Shown: positions 40,073-53,189 of the stretch, one piece after another
Layout: each line of letters opens with the position of its first letter
Numbering within the stretch: the first letter of the stretch is position 1
Assembly (NCBI RefSeq): GCF_006345805.1
Contig: NC_043001.1
Span: forward strand, 83,142,001-83,206,000
Length of the DNA: 64,000 nucleotides
Direction of reading: 5' to 3'
DNA from: Octopus sinensis
Lineage: Eukaryota
Notes under the pieces: model-generated
The model's input: only the letters and a program-made list of their open reading frames with translations
Told to the model about the DNA's origin: nothing
The model's database searches: none
Translations under genes and position numbers: made by a program

Positions 40073-40248
40073 CATACATATATACATATATACGACGGGC
40101 TTCTTTCAGTTTCCGTCTACCAAATCCACTCACAAGGCTTTGGTCGACCCGAGGCTATAGTAGAAGACACTTGCCTAAGGTATCACGCAGTGGGAATGAA
40201 CCCAGAACCATGTGGTTGGTAAGCAAGCTACTTGCCATACAGCCACTC
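39810..40248 (-). mobile_element. SINE family A
   Basis: Consensus match. Confidence 0.9.
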
Positions 40249-40371
40249 TCATTTCTTGAGATTCTACGACTAGTTATTTTGCTTGTTGCGAATCAGTGGC
40301 AAATGGTCCCTTTGTTTACATTACATTGATGGCGGGAGCGAACCCGGGCTATCGCTCTGGCGGCCAGGTAC

Positions 40372-40420
40372 TCATGACTGAAGATGAGCCAAGCAGCTCG
40401 AAACTGAGTCAGTTTTGCGA
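40372..40420 (+). ncRNA. Hammerhead-like motif at the tip of a long hairpin (40331-40459)
   Basis: UCAUGA-CUGAAGA-U-GAGC-CAAGCA-GCUC-GAAA-CUGAGUCAG-UU-UUGCGA; stem I is imperfect. Confidence 0.68.
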
Positions 40421-41021
40421 TCCTGTGTCCGCTAGAGGATGGTAGAGGTTCGCTTCGCCTGCTAGCAATATATATTGTATATAGAGGGTGCAGCTTCGCA
40501 CCGATAACTGGATAATCTGCCTGGGGTTAAAATAGTAGTAACACGGAACAGCCAGTTTGACGTGACAAATTAGTGTACTTGTTAATATAGTTACTATTTT
40601 GATCTTTTCTTGAGATCTTTTCTTGAGATTTTCTTGAGATGTGCTCTATGTTCGGTTGATAAACATCGTATTAAAAAGGAAGCATATGCGTAATTGTTTC
40701 CCTTAGCGAAATTAAAATCATATTCGATATATACTAATATTGCTGTTGTTTTGTTTTCCTGAGAGCGTAGAAGTCTACAGATCGCATGGTCCTACGTTCG
40801 ATTCTTATAGTTATTGACTCATAAATTTGTCCTTTGTAAAGTACGATGTAGTCTATGTTCAACTGATAACATCATATTAAGAAGGAAACGTGTAATTGTC
40901 TCCCTTTATGAAATAATTAAAATCATATTCGACATAACCTAGCATTGCTGTTGTTTTCTTTTCCAGAGACCATAACTTTTACTAGATAAATGCTGAAAAT
41001 ACTCCTTGTATTAAATATCTT

Positions 41022-41297
41022 TTATCTTTTACTTGTTTCAGTCATTAGACTGCGGCCATGCTGGGGCATCGCCTTCAACAATGTTTAGTCAAATGAATCG
41101 ACCTGAATACTTACTTTCTGTTAAGCTTGGTAATAATTCTATCGGTCTCTTTTGTCGAACCGGTAGTTTACAAGGACGTAAACACACCGACATCGACTGT
41201 CCAGTGGTGGTGAAGGATAAATATAGACACAAAGGCAAACACACGCGCGTGCACACGCACACGCACACATGTAGACAGATAGATAGATAGATCGATC

Positions 41298-41335
<38 letters not shown>

Positions 41336-41517
41336 CAGACTGACAGATAGATATGCTACGGGTTTCTTTCCGTTTCCGTCTACCAAATCTACTCATAAGG
41401 ATTTGATCGGCCCGAGGCTAAAGTAGAAAGCGCTTACCCAAGGAGCAACGCAGTGGGACTGAACCCGAAACCAAGTGGCTGGGAGCAAGCTTCTTACCAC
41501 ACAGCCACGCCTGCGCT
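41022..41517 (-). mobile_element. SINE family A (older, internal GATA/GACA tract)
   Basis: Diverged consensus match. Confidence 0.85.
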
Positions 41518-41647
41518 TATAGTCGACAATATTTAAATACTGAGGCAAAATTTGAACTCTGTACCCAAAGAAATGAGACAGATGCGGCCAGATATCAAGT
41601 ACCACGCTCTTATATTTCTGCTAAGACACTACTGTGCATTGTTACTC

Positions 41648-42042
41648 TCTCTTTTACTCTTTTACTTGTTTCAGTCATTTGACTGCGGCCATGCTGGAGC
41701 ACCACCTTTAATCGAGCAACTCGACACCGGGACTTATTCTTTTGTAAGCCCAGTACTTATTCTATCGGTCTCTTTTGCCGAACCGCTAAGTAACGGGGAC
41801 ATAAACACACCAGCATCGGTTGTCAAGCAATGCTAGGGGGACAAACACAGACACACAAACACACACACGCATATATATACATATATACGACGGGCTTCTT
41901 TCAGTTTCCGTCTACCAAATCCACTCACAAGGCATTGGTCGGCCCGAGGCTATAGTAGAAGACACTTGCCCAAGGTGCCACGCAGTGGGACTGAACCCGG
42001 AACCATGTGGTTGGTAAACAAGCTACTTACCACACAGCCACT
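41648..42042 (-). mobile_element. SINE family A with target-site duplication
   Basis: CACTACTGTGCATTG at 41627-41641 and 42039-42053. Confidence 0.92.
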
Positions 42043-42694
42043 ACTGTGCATTGCTAGTTAACTTATCGTCCCTTAAACTTCCAAAACAAATTTGACTTCG
42101 GCGGTATTTGATCTCATAGCGAAGAAAATTGGAACCAATACCGCAAAGGTCTACAACGACTTTATCAATCCACTGCTTTTAATATAATTAGATGTTCTAT
42201 AATATATACCTATTCATAAATACGGGCATGCGAATATATTTATATGCATACAACGTAAGCCGAAGCAAGTAGATTAGCGCACGCAAAACACGCTAGCATT
42301 CATACACGCACAAACATATAGAGAAACGCACATACGTACTTATAGACATATAGATGCATATAGACATATAGATGCAAGCATACATACATACATACATACA
42401 TGTATACATATACATATACATAGATACATACACGTATATATAACATTCTTTAATCCAGCCGGGAAAGTTGCCGTAAGATACTTAATTGCATAGCCAGATT
42501 ATACCCAAATGCGCTGTCTTACCAATAGCCACTAGGGGGTCTTTGACAGCAGCAATTAGTTGTATAACGTTGATTGCTTATCAAATATAAACAACATATG
42601 ACATGCCTACACAGTGTTACATCACTATATATATTTAGGGAGAAACAGAGACAGTGACAGAGAAGGATAGAGAGAGCGAGATATAAAGATAAGG

Positions 42695-42762
<68 letters not shown>

Positions 42763-42796
42763 AATAAGATAGATATACATACATACATATACATGC

Positions 42797-42862
<66 letters not shown>

Positions 42863-43810
42863 ACGTAAATGCATTATAGATATGCTGCATATATAAATAA
42901 TATATATATATATACACACCACACATACATACGTATACTAAGACACAAATATACATGTATACATTAGCATACACAGACATAAACACGCACACACGTGTAT
43001 ATACACATGCAAATTTATATACATTGATAAACACACGCGCGCGCGCGTGCATTAAAACGTATATGATTAATGGATACACTTCACTACATACATCTATATA
43101 CTTACATACAAACAAATACATACATACAATGACATACACGTAGACACACCTCTGAACATATATAAAATATACATACATGCATAGACACACAAATATGTAT
43201 GTATGTATGCATGTAGGTAGGTAGGTAGGTAGGTTGGTAGGTAGGTAGGTAGGTAGGTATGGTTAGGTAGGTAGATAGGTATATGCGTGTAAACTTACAT
43301 GCCTATATGCATACAGACACAAGTGCTTCATAGAAAACTATCAGTGTATGACTATCTGAAGCACTAAGCCTATAATCTGTACACAAGTAATTGAAATCAC
43401 TTCCTTTAATAACATTACAAGTTCAACAAGTGAGCAACTGGTGAGTTAGATAGATTAAAAGAAGGACCAAAGATGTGCGGACTGGACAACCTTTTATTAA
43501 TAAAACTTTTGGGGGTTGAAGTGAAGAACAATCATTAACAACCTTTAATTAATTGGGATTCGAGGTGCAACGTATAATTTTGTGGTTATGGAGTTCGGGT
43601 CGTAATCATATTGTTTTGATTTCGAATCTATTGCGGACGATTTAAACAAGTGATTTCTTGGATTGATCGAATCATTTAATCGATTCAGAGGTTGTTAGCC
43701 GGCAAAATCGTTTGCACGCCGGACAAAATGCTTAGCAGAATTTTTCCCGGCCTTGAGTTCTGAGTGTAAACTTCGCCGAGTCCTTGCATTCTTTCGGGGG
43801 TTGATAAAAT

Positions 43811-44196
43811 GTCGTAGCACTCCGTCGGTTACGACGACGAGGGTTCCAGTTGATCCAATCAACGGAACAGCCTGCTAGTGAAATTAACGTGCAAGAGGTT
43901 GAGCACTGCACTGACACGTGCACCCTTAACGTAGTTCTCAGGGAGCTTCAGCATGACACAGAGAGTGACAAGGCTGGCCCTATAAAATACAGGAACAACA
44001 GAAACAGGAAGAAAGAGTGAGAGAAAGTTGTGGTGAAAGAGTACAGCAGGGTTTGCCACCACCCCCTGCCGGTGCCTCGTGGAGTTTTAGGTGTTTTTCG
44101 CTCAATAAACACTTACAACGCCCAGTCCAGGAATCGAAACCGCGATCCTACGACCGCGTGTCCGTTGCCCTAACAATTGGGCCATTGTGCCGCCAC
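43811..44196 (-). mobile_element. SINE family C nested in a SINE B copy (43693-44230)
   Basis: 12-bp TSD GGTTGATAAAAT at 43799-43810 and 44197-44208. Confidence 0.88.
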
Positions 44197-44947
44197 GGTT
44201 GATAAAATAAGTACCAGTCAATCACTAGTATTTGAGTCCTTTTGTCTATCTACCGAAAAAAAGGGAGAGTTTATGGGGTTGGCGTGAAAGGCGATTATAG
44301 AGGCCTTGTGGTTGTTTGGTTTGATAGTAAAAAAAGTGTTTGACTTCGGTTCCCTGCTATTGCAAATAAAATGACTTTAATGAAGAGCTTTACTCTTCTA
44401 TCAGCAGCCATAAAATGTCTTATAAATTCTTTGTCAAATAACACAATATTCTAAGCAAGAATACAACGGAAATTTCTTATGTTATCAATTACTGCAACGG
44501 AATTTTCTTAAATTTGTTTTTGTGTGCTGTTATTTATTTTGTCTCCAAATCCGATATCGTTTATAAAAATATCCTGCAGTTATATGCTAGGGTCTACAAC
44601 AGCTAGAAGCTACACTATAATCCATAATTTACAAATTGAAATTTTGAATAGCTAAAAGATATAGACAATGCTAAAAAAAAATATAGCTGGATGCCATGAC
44701 AACGCTGTCGACTAATATGTATACATGGAAGTTAATCAACGCAGAAAAACTGCTCTTTGTTATATATTTTGCGTCGATTTCTTCTTCTCCATACAATGAA
44801 TGCTACAAATTTGGCCAAAGTAGGAAAACTGCCAATTTTTTAATAATAATATCCTTTGTTTCACACAATGAATATAACGTGTTTGGAAGACATTGAAAAA
44901 AATAGATTTTGCATATTGGGAGGGTCAATATGCCAATAATTTCCTTT

Positions 44948-45625
44948 CCTTCTAATTTTGGCACAAGGCCGGCAATTTTGACGAAAAGAGTTAGTCGATC
45001 GTAATGCCCTCCCTACCCTTTCTTAACTGGAAAGAAAACCAAAGTTAACTTTGGTGACCCCGGATGGATAAAAAACAAAATCAACTTCGGTGGTATTTGA
45101 TCGTAAAGAAGCGAAAGAAATGCCGCTAAGCATTTTTTCCTATACGCTAATGATTCTGTCTGTTCACCGCCTTAATTACGCTAATAATAGACACACGAAC
45201 TAGTTCTATTAATTGACTAAACAATTAATCAAACAATTGATTAGTTGATTATTTAAATACTAAGTAATTGGCTAATGTGGTGGTGCATGGCTTAGCGGTA
45301 AAGGTGTTAGACTCATAATCGTAAGATTGTGGATTCAGTTCCTGGACCGGGTAATACGTTGTGTTCTTGAGCAAAACACTTCATTTCACGTTGCTCCGGT
45401 CCACTCAGCTGGCCAAAATGAGTAACCCTGCGATGGATCGGCTCGAGAGGGAAACCTTTATTTTATCTTTTATTTTAGTTGACTAATATTGGTTTCAAAT
45501 TTTGGCACAAGGCCAGCAAGTTCAGGGAAGTAAGTAAGTCGATTACATCGACCCCAGTACATGACTGGTACTTAATTTATTGACCTCGAAAAGATTGAAA
45601 GGCAAAGTCAACTTCAGTGTAAATT
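44948..45625. mobile_element. SINE cluster: B (-) 44948-45172, D (+) 45281-45440, B 3' part (-) 45489-45625
   Basis: Matches to the family motifs. Confidence 0.8.
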
Positions 45626-46299
45626 GGACTAATTGACTAATATTAATAATAGAAGTAAAATAAAATCAGTGGGTGTGTTCATTGTTTGTATAATTTTGCT
45701 TCCTTTCTCCCAGATTCACCGAATCTGTTTCAGCACCTTCGTGTGCATTCGGTCGTGCGAAAACCTGTGGCTGTGGAAGTATTCCTGGGCATGGGTTCTG
45801 CGGTGCGATGATGTCATTCATAGCCCAGTGTGCTGCACGCATTGTGAGGAGAACTTTCGTCTGGAACTATATCCGCAGCGAAGGGTTTTCCCTCATCTTT
45901 TTGGATACAAAAAGTCATGTCTAGAGGAGATTTAAGTTCGTGTCCCACTGGCCGCATCCGAAGTTTTCTGTCCAACAGTGTTTCTCAATCCAATATATGC
46001 TGCTATTTATTCAATACTTCACGTGAGTGCCTCGAGATATTCCGCAAAAGAATACTTAAAAGCATTCATAGACTCATAAATGCACATATGTAAATCTTTA
46101 TCCAGCAGTGAGAGTTGTTATATATTTATGTGTGTAGATGTAATATATGCGAATGTGCTGTCGAAGCAGTAACCACGAGCGGTCTTTCAGAGCAATTAGT
46201 TGTATAACATTGATTGCTTAACACGCATAAAACCTATGGCATTCGTACACACTGAAAATCACTACGTGTGTGTGTGAATATGTGTGTGCGAGTACATAC

Positions 46300-46890
46300 A
46301 TAGTACAAACATATGTCCACACATATATGTATGTATATATATATGTGTGTGTGTGTGTGTGTACACACATATATGTATGTATGTATATGTATATACACAT
46401 ATACATCTATATGTATATACACATATCTATATAGACAGAGAGATAGGTAGATAGCTAGATACATGCATTCATACATACATACATTCATACATCCATCCAT
46501 CCATCCATCCATCCATCCATACATACATACATACACACATTCTTACATACATACATACATTCATACACACATTCATACATACATACTTACATACATACAT
46601 ACATTCATACATACATACATACATACATACATACATACATACATACATACATACATACATACATACATACATACATACATACATTCTTACATACATACAT
46701 ACATTCTTACATACATACATACATTAATACACACATTCATACATACATACTTACATACATTCTTACATACATACATTAATACACACATTCATACATACAT
46801 ACTTACATACATACATACTTACATACATACATACATACATACATATATACATACATACATACATACATTCATTCATTCATACATACATAC

Positions 46891-46921
<31 letters not shown>

Positions 46922-46985
46922 CATACATACATACATACATACATACATACACACATACATACATACATACATACATACATAGAGA
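46300..46985. repeat. (CATA)n-dominated microsatellite
   Basis: Direct reading. Confidence 0.95.
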
Positions 46986-47899
46986 GATAAACACCTACCA
47001 ATCCATCTCCCACCTATTGCTTTCTGAAGCATTAAGCCTATATATCCTCTCTGTGGTTGTTCTGCCTGATGTCGCTCAATTTTGTCTTTCTATCGACTGT
47101 TACATTTTTTGTTATTGTATCTAATGTAACTTAAGTGTCATTCGTTCTCAATGATTAATTCGATTTTAATTTTGTTTTTCCTGATGAATCTAATTGTTAT
47201 TGTGTTAAAATCTGTATCGACGTACCGCCTCTACCATTACTACCCATGATATAGCATCACATATTTACCTTAATTGCAATTTAGACCATTGAAACAAATT
47301 TTCTGGTGTTTGTAACAAGAATCATTCTGGTTCTTCTGTTCAGCAAGCACGTTTTCCTACCGTACACAGAAAGTATTCCCGCAAGCGCTTTTCTACGGAA
47401 TGGCAGTGTGTATTATTGTTCACTTTATATTTTCTCCCTCTTAGGCAGCAAATGAACTTCGAAAAACAACAACATTGCGTTCCTACGATATATATTGTGG
47501 AACTAGGGTAAATGTGGTGTGTATCTGTCTTTGAACGCTACGTTTGTTGCAATGTTTTACATTTTACTTTTTCAACTTAACTCAGAAGATGACCAAGTAA
47601 AATTGAAACATCGGTGTCCGATGATTTGCCGACGACATGCAGTACAAGCTCTGTTTTTTTAACATACACTTTTCTTTGAGAAGTATCACTGAGAGAAAAC
47701 ACTACAGCAAGTGCTGTTCTAAGTTTGTATATACATTATAAATGTACAAACGTCGGTATTTTCCTATAATGATCTTTCAAGAACGTATTTCGATTTAATA
47801 TTAATGGTTTTTTCTTATATACTTTTTAAAAAACTACATATTAAGGAATCAGTTTATTTCAGCAGAAAACTTACAAACATTAAAGATAGGTGTCTGTTT

Positions 47900-48330
47900 T
47901 GGTTACTTTTGCAGTTGATTCTTTGGACTTTGCTTAGAAAAAAACTTTAAGTGAGGAAAAGAGAGCTTATAAAATATCTATGTCATAGAATCAATTGAAA
48001 CTAATCAATGCTGTGTTGAATGCTAATGGTTTTTTCTAGGTGTCAAAAACCATTTTAGCATTCATAAGACAGTAAAGAATACTGAATTAGTAGGGGACAT
48101 GCTCTTCAGTTTCAATAAGCTTGGATGTAATATGAACATTGATATCCGTTACACTCACAATCATGTGGATTGTTTTCCAGAAAAGCTTGGTGATTTTGAC
48201 AAATATTATTTTGGAAAGATTTTATCAGGGTATAAAAGCAACAGGGGAATATTGCTAAGAATGATAAAATGCAGACAAAATGGCAAATTATTACTGCAAA
48301 CTACAGTGTGAATATTTCGGTAAATTTCAT
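47900..48330 (+). pseudogene. Decayed DNA-transposase C-terminus, Chapaev-like (CMC)
   Basis: ELVGDMLFSFNKLGCNMNIDIRYTHNHVDCFPEKLGDF resembles the recalled motif LGCNMSxKxHxLHSHLDxFPENLG; a possible terminal remnant, AGATTTGGAAATCAGCACCC, lies at ~49438. Confidence 0.65.
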
Positions 48331-48424
48331 TCTAGAAAGTCGGGAGGCAGTAAACGCCTTCTAGAAACCTCCATTTCCCGAAGATGCTTCATGTCATCTG
48401 AAACATAAGGTCACCTACACACTT

Positions 48425-48795
48425 TGTGTGGCAGGGTGCTTGCGTCTCAAGTACACAGTTCCTGGTTCAGTCCCACTGCGTGGAACCTTTAGCAGGTGTC
48501 TTTCTCTATAGCCTCGGGCTGACCAAAGCCTTGTGAGTGGATGTGATAGATGGAAACTGAAAGAAGCCCGTCGTATGTGTGTGTGTGTGTGTGTGTGTGT
48601 GCATATGTGCGTGTGTGTCATTTTGTCTGAGATGTTCCCCTCTACTGTCTGACAACCGGTGTTGGTGTGTTTACGTTCCTGTAACTTAGCGGTTAGGCAA
48701 ACGAATAAGTACCAGGCCTAACAAAAGATAGGTAATGGGGCCGGTGTCAAAGAATGGCCGCAGTTTAATGACTGAAACAAGTAAAGAATAAAAGA
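48425..48795 (+). mobile_element. SINE family A (diverged)
   Basis: Consensus match. Confidence 0.85.
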
Positions 48796-48989
48796 TGTGT
48801 GTGTGTGTGTGTGCGTGTGCGTGCGTGCGTGAGTGTGTGTATGTGTGTGTTGTGAAGGCTCAGTGATTAAGTTGTTGCTCTCATGATCGCAAGATCGTGG
48901 TTTCGATTCCCTGACCAGATGGTGCGTTCTCTTCGCATTTAGATAGATAGATAGATAGATACACAGACAGACAGACAGACAGGTGGATG

Positions 48990-49068
<79 letters not shown>

Positions 49069-49107
49069 GATAGATAGATAGATAGATAAATAGGTTATAC
49101 ACGCACT

Positions 49108-49143
<36 letters not shown>

Positions 49144-49589
49144 GTGTGTGTGTGTGTGTGAGTGTTCTTATATATTGAATAATAAATAACTGATCACTAA
49201 CGAAGGGGTGTAATTACGACAATGGGATGTAATTGTTACAAAATAGATCATTATTGAATTGGTCCTAATAAGATAAAATTGATGTCATTTTTGGAACCAA
49301 CGCCTTGGAGATACACAAGAATAAGCATATCTCACTTCTAAAGTGCCAATATGTAACATGGACTTGGTGCAGCAAATTCCAGTACACGAGTGAATACGAC
49401 CCACGAACTAGAACCGATGTGGTAAGATTCAGAGAACAGATTTGGAAATCAGCACCCTAAATATACCAAAGAATATGTCTAACTTTGAAGAAAGCGTAGT
49501 AATGTTGGTGATGACGACGATAATAATAATAATAATAATAATAATATAATAATAATAATAATAATAATAATATAATAATAATAATAATA

Positions 49590-49633
<44 letters not shown>

Positions 49634-49636
49634 AAT

Positions 49637-50316
49637 AAAGCAGAGACAGAAGGATTTTTAATTGCAGCACAAGACCAAAGCCTCCCCACCAGAAATTACC
49701 AAAAAGCATGTAATGAAATGAAATATAACAAGTAACTGCAGAATATGTGGAGATGGACAAGAAACAATAAATCATATTATCTCTGGCTGCCCAGTCCTGG
49801 CTAAGAAGGAATATATTCACAGACATGACAGAGTTGGAACCTATATACACTGGAAGCTATGCCAACATTATGAAATAATAACAGAAAAAAGATGGTATAG
49901 GCACACACCAGAAAAGGTCACAGAAAACGAGAAAGCAACCATACTCTGGGATATGCCGATACACACAGATAGAGAAATCAAGGCCAACAGACCAGATATA
50001 GTTGTCAGAGATCATGAAGAAAAAAATGCTTTCTAATTAATGTATCAATACCAGCAGATGACAACGTGTCTCTAAAAGAAATGGAGAAACTTTCAAAATA
50101 CAAAGAACTGGAAATAGAGGTAACCAGAATGTGGAATCTAAAAACAGAAACAATTCCTATCATAATAGGTGCATTAGGCGTGATAAAAAAATATTCAGAC
50201 AAATACATAACAAAAACACCAAAACTTACAAACACATATAACATACAGAAAATTGCACTACTAGGCACTGCACACATCCTACGCACAATGATTTCCATAC
50301 AGTAACTATCAGAGCA
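49637..50316 (+). mobile_element. 5'-truncated R4/Dong LINE: CCHC knuckle and restriction-like endonuclease, inserted in (TAA)n
   Basis: AETEGFLIAAQDQSL..CRICGDGQETINHIISGC..HRHD..WD..ANRPDIVV..KLSKYKEL..IPIIIGALG..GTAHILR; one stop and one frameshift. Confidence 0.93.
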
Positions 50317-50327
50317 TAATAATAATA

Positions 50328-50381
<54 letters not shown>

Positions 50382-50398
50382 TAATAATAATAATAATA

Positions 50399-51066
50399 AT
50401 CCTTTCTACAGAAGGCACAAGGCCTGAAATTTGAGGGGAGAGGGCTAGTTCATTACATCCACCCCAGTGTTTAACTGGTACTCTGAAAGGAGGAAAGGCA
50501 AAGTTCACTCAGTGGAAATTGAGCTCAGAACGTAAAGACGGACGAAATACTGCTGAGCATTTCCCCGGTGTGCTAATGATCCTGCCAGCTCGCTGTCTTA
50601 ACAAAAAAAGAAGAACAACAACAACATCATCAATAACAACAACAACAACAGCAGCAACAACAACAATCCTTTCTACTATAGGCACAAGGCCTGAAATTTT
50701 GGGTGAGGAGACTAGCCGATTAAGACAGACGAAATACCCACAAGGTGCTAAACACAGAGAGGACAAACAAGGACAGACAAACGGATTAAGACGATTACAT
50801 TGACTCCAGTGCGTAACTGGTACTTAATTTATCGACCCCGAAAGGATGAAAGGCAAAGTCGACCTCGGCGGAATTTGAACGCAGAACGTAACGGTACACG
50901 AAATGCCCATTTCTTTACTACCCACAAGGAGCTAAACACAGAGGAGACAAACAAGGACAGACAGACGGATTAAGTCGATTATATCGACCCAGTGCGTAAC
51001 CGGAACTTAATTTATCGACTCCGAAAGGATGAAAAGCAAAGTCAACCTCGGCGGAATTTGAACTCA
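50399..51066 (-). mobile_element. SINE family B copies and tandem units
   Basis: Repeated AAAGGCAAAGTCGACCTCGGCGGAATTTGAAC with CCCACAAGG..AAACACAGAG modules. Confidence 0.88.
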
Positions 51067-51069
51067 AAT

Positions 51070-51290
51070 TGGGGGGACAAACACAGACGCACAAACAAAT
51101 ACACACACATACACATATATATACATATATACGACAGATTTCTTTCAGTTTCTGTCTACCAGATCCACTCACAAGGCTTTGGTTAGCCCGAGGCTATAGC
51201 AGAAGACACTTGCCCAAGGTGTCACGCAGTGGGACTGAACCCAGAACCATGTGGTTGGTAAGCAAGCTACTCACCACACAGCCACTCCTG
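51070..51290 (-). mobile_element. SINE family A, 5' half
   Basis: Ends CACACAGCCACTCCTGC. Confidence 0.88.
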
Positions 51291-51649
51291 CAAACATCAG
51301 AAAAAGAAATGGATGAAGATGACTTGATCCTTCTGATACAAGAGGACTTTTTAGAGAGAAACTTGGAACCCCCACCATCCAAGACCTGTCTGAACACCAA
51401 ATGTAAATGCCATCGCTAATTCTTTCTCTCCAACTCACAAGTCATATAGTTAGAGCAGACCCATCCACACTTCGCCATTTTCGCAGCTTTCACCCATATT
51501 TCGGTAAATTTACTCGAGGACACCTCCGTCCCCATCCTCACTTTTCTTTCGAATTAGAACACAGACAGGAGGGCAGTGTAGGCGTAAGTGTATGATGTCA
51601 CCATTATGGAATCGATCGTCCCCGAAATGGGGACGGTTGGCACCATTCT

Positions 51650-51757
51650 ATGGTCGATGTAATCAACTTATCCCCTCCCACGAAACTGCTAGTCTTGTGC
51701 CAAAATTTGAAACCATCATCATCATCATCATCATAATCATCATCATCATCATCATCA

Positions 51758-51804
<47 letters not shown>

Positions 51805-52090
51805 GTTATTATTATTATTACCATTATTATTATTTTCATTATTATTAAGGCGGTGAGCTGCCAGAATCATTAACACGCTGGGCAAAATGCTTAGCTGCAT
51901 TTCGTCCGTCTTCGTGCTCTGAGTCCAAATTTCCGCCGAGGGCGTCTTTGCCTTTCATCCTTTCGGGGACGATAAATCAAGTACCAGTCAAGCACTGGGG
52001 TCGATGTGATCGATTACTCTCTCCCTTCAAATTCCAGGCTTTGAGCCTATAGTGGAAAGGATTATTATTATCATTGTTAAAGGCAGCGAG
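51650..52090 (+). mobile_element. SINE family B copies separated by (CAT)/(TTA)n
   Basis: AGGCGGTGAGCTGCCAGAATC head at 51848. Confidence 0.85.
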
Positions 52091-52550
52091 CCTTTGCATA
52101 TCTCTCTATACTGTATCTATGACCAAGACTGCAGTCCAGTCCAGTCAGCTGTAAATAGGTACCACTGTGTACAGTAATTCAATGTAATGTGCTCGTGACT
52201 TAAGGCATCTTGCTACACCGTAACGTGATAGATTTGTCATACTCCGACGAGGAGTGGTGATCGTAGCGGCGGTGAGTGGTATGTAAAGTTGGTTGAAGAG
52301 GTGGCGAAAGTGGAGGCGGTGGAAGATATGCGATGATTTAGTGATAGATATGGTGGAGGTGACGGTGAGTGGTGATAGTGGTGGTGCTGGTGGCGATAGT
52401 GGTGATGCTGGTGTGCAGTAAATCAGGTTGCGATCGGAGCACAGTATCTGGTATTGGTGGTAGATGTTTCCAAAGGTGAATTATCCAAACCTCTAAGAAT
52501 TCCTTTCAACACACGGCTATGATGCCCCCCCCCCACTACTTGTGCTCATG

Positions 52551-52622
<72 letters not shown>

Positions 52623-52642
52623 GTTATTATTATTATTATGGA

Positions 52643-53013
52643 AAGCGGTGAGCTGGAGGAATCGTTAGCACGCCGGGCGAAATGCTTAGCGGTAGTTCGT
52701 CTGCATTACGTTGTGAGTTCAAATTCCGCCGAGGTCGACTTTGCCTTTCATCCTTTCGGGGTCAATAAATTAAGTACCAGTTACGCACTGGGGTCGATGT
52801 AATCGACTTAATACCTATGTCTATCCTTGTTTGTCCCCTCTGTGTTTAGCCCCTTGTGGGTAATAAAGAAATAGGTATTTCACCCGTCGCTACGTTCTTA
52901 GTTCAAATTCTGCCGAAGTCGCCTTTGCCATTCATCCCTTCAATGGGGTCGATGTAATCGACCCATCCCTTTCCCCAAAACCGCTGCCCTTGTGAAAAAA
53001 TTTGAAACCATTA

Positions 53014-53102
<89 letters not shown>

Positions 53103-53185
53103 GAAAGTAGTGAACTGGCGGAATCGTTAACGGTATTTCGTTCGTCGCTACGTTCTGAGTTCAAATTTCGCCGAAGTCCACTTTG
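52643..53185 (+). mobile_element. SINE family B tandem, flanked by (TTA)n
   Basis: Head at 52643; AATAAAGAAATAGGTATTTC junction at 52862. Confidence 0.88.
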
Positions 53186-53189
53186 TGTG

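Noticed and set aside
51290-51419. Peptide QTSEKEMDEDDLILLIQEDFLERNLEPPPSKTC
   Set aside because: No splice signals or recognisable domain; the ORF start lies inside a SINE.
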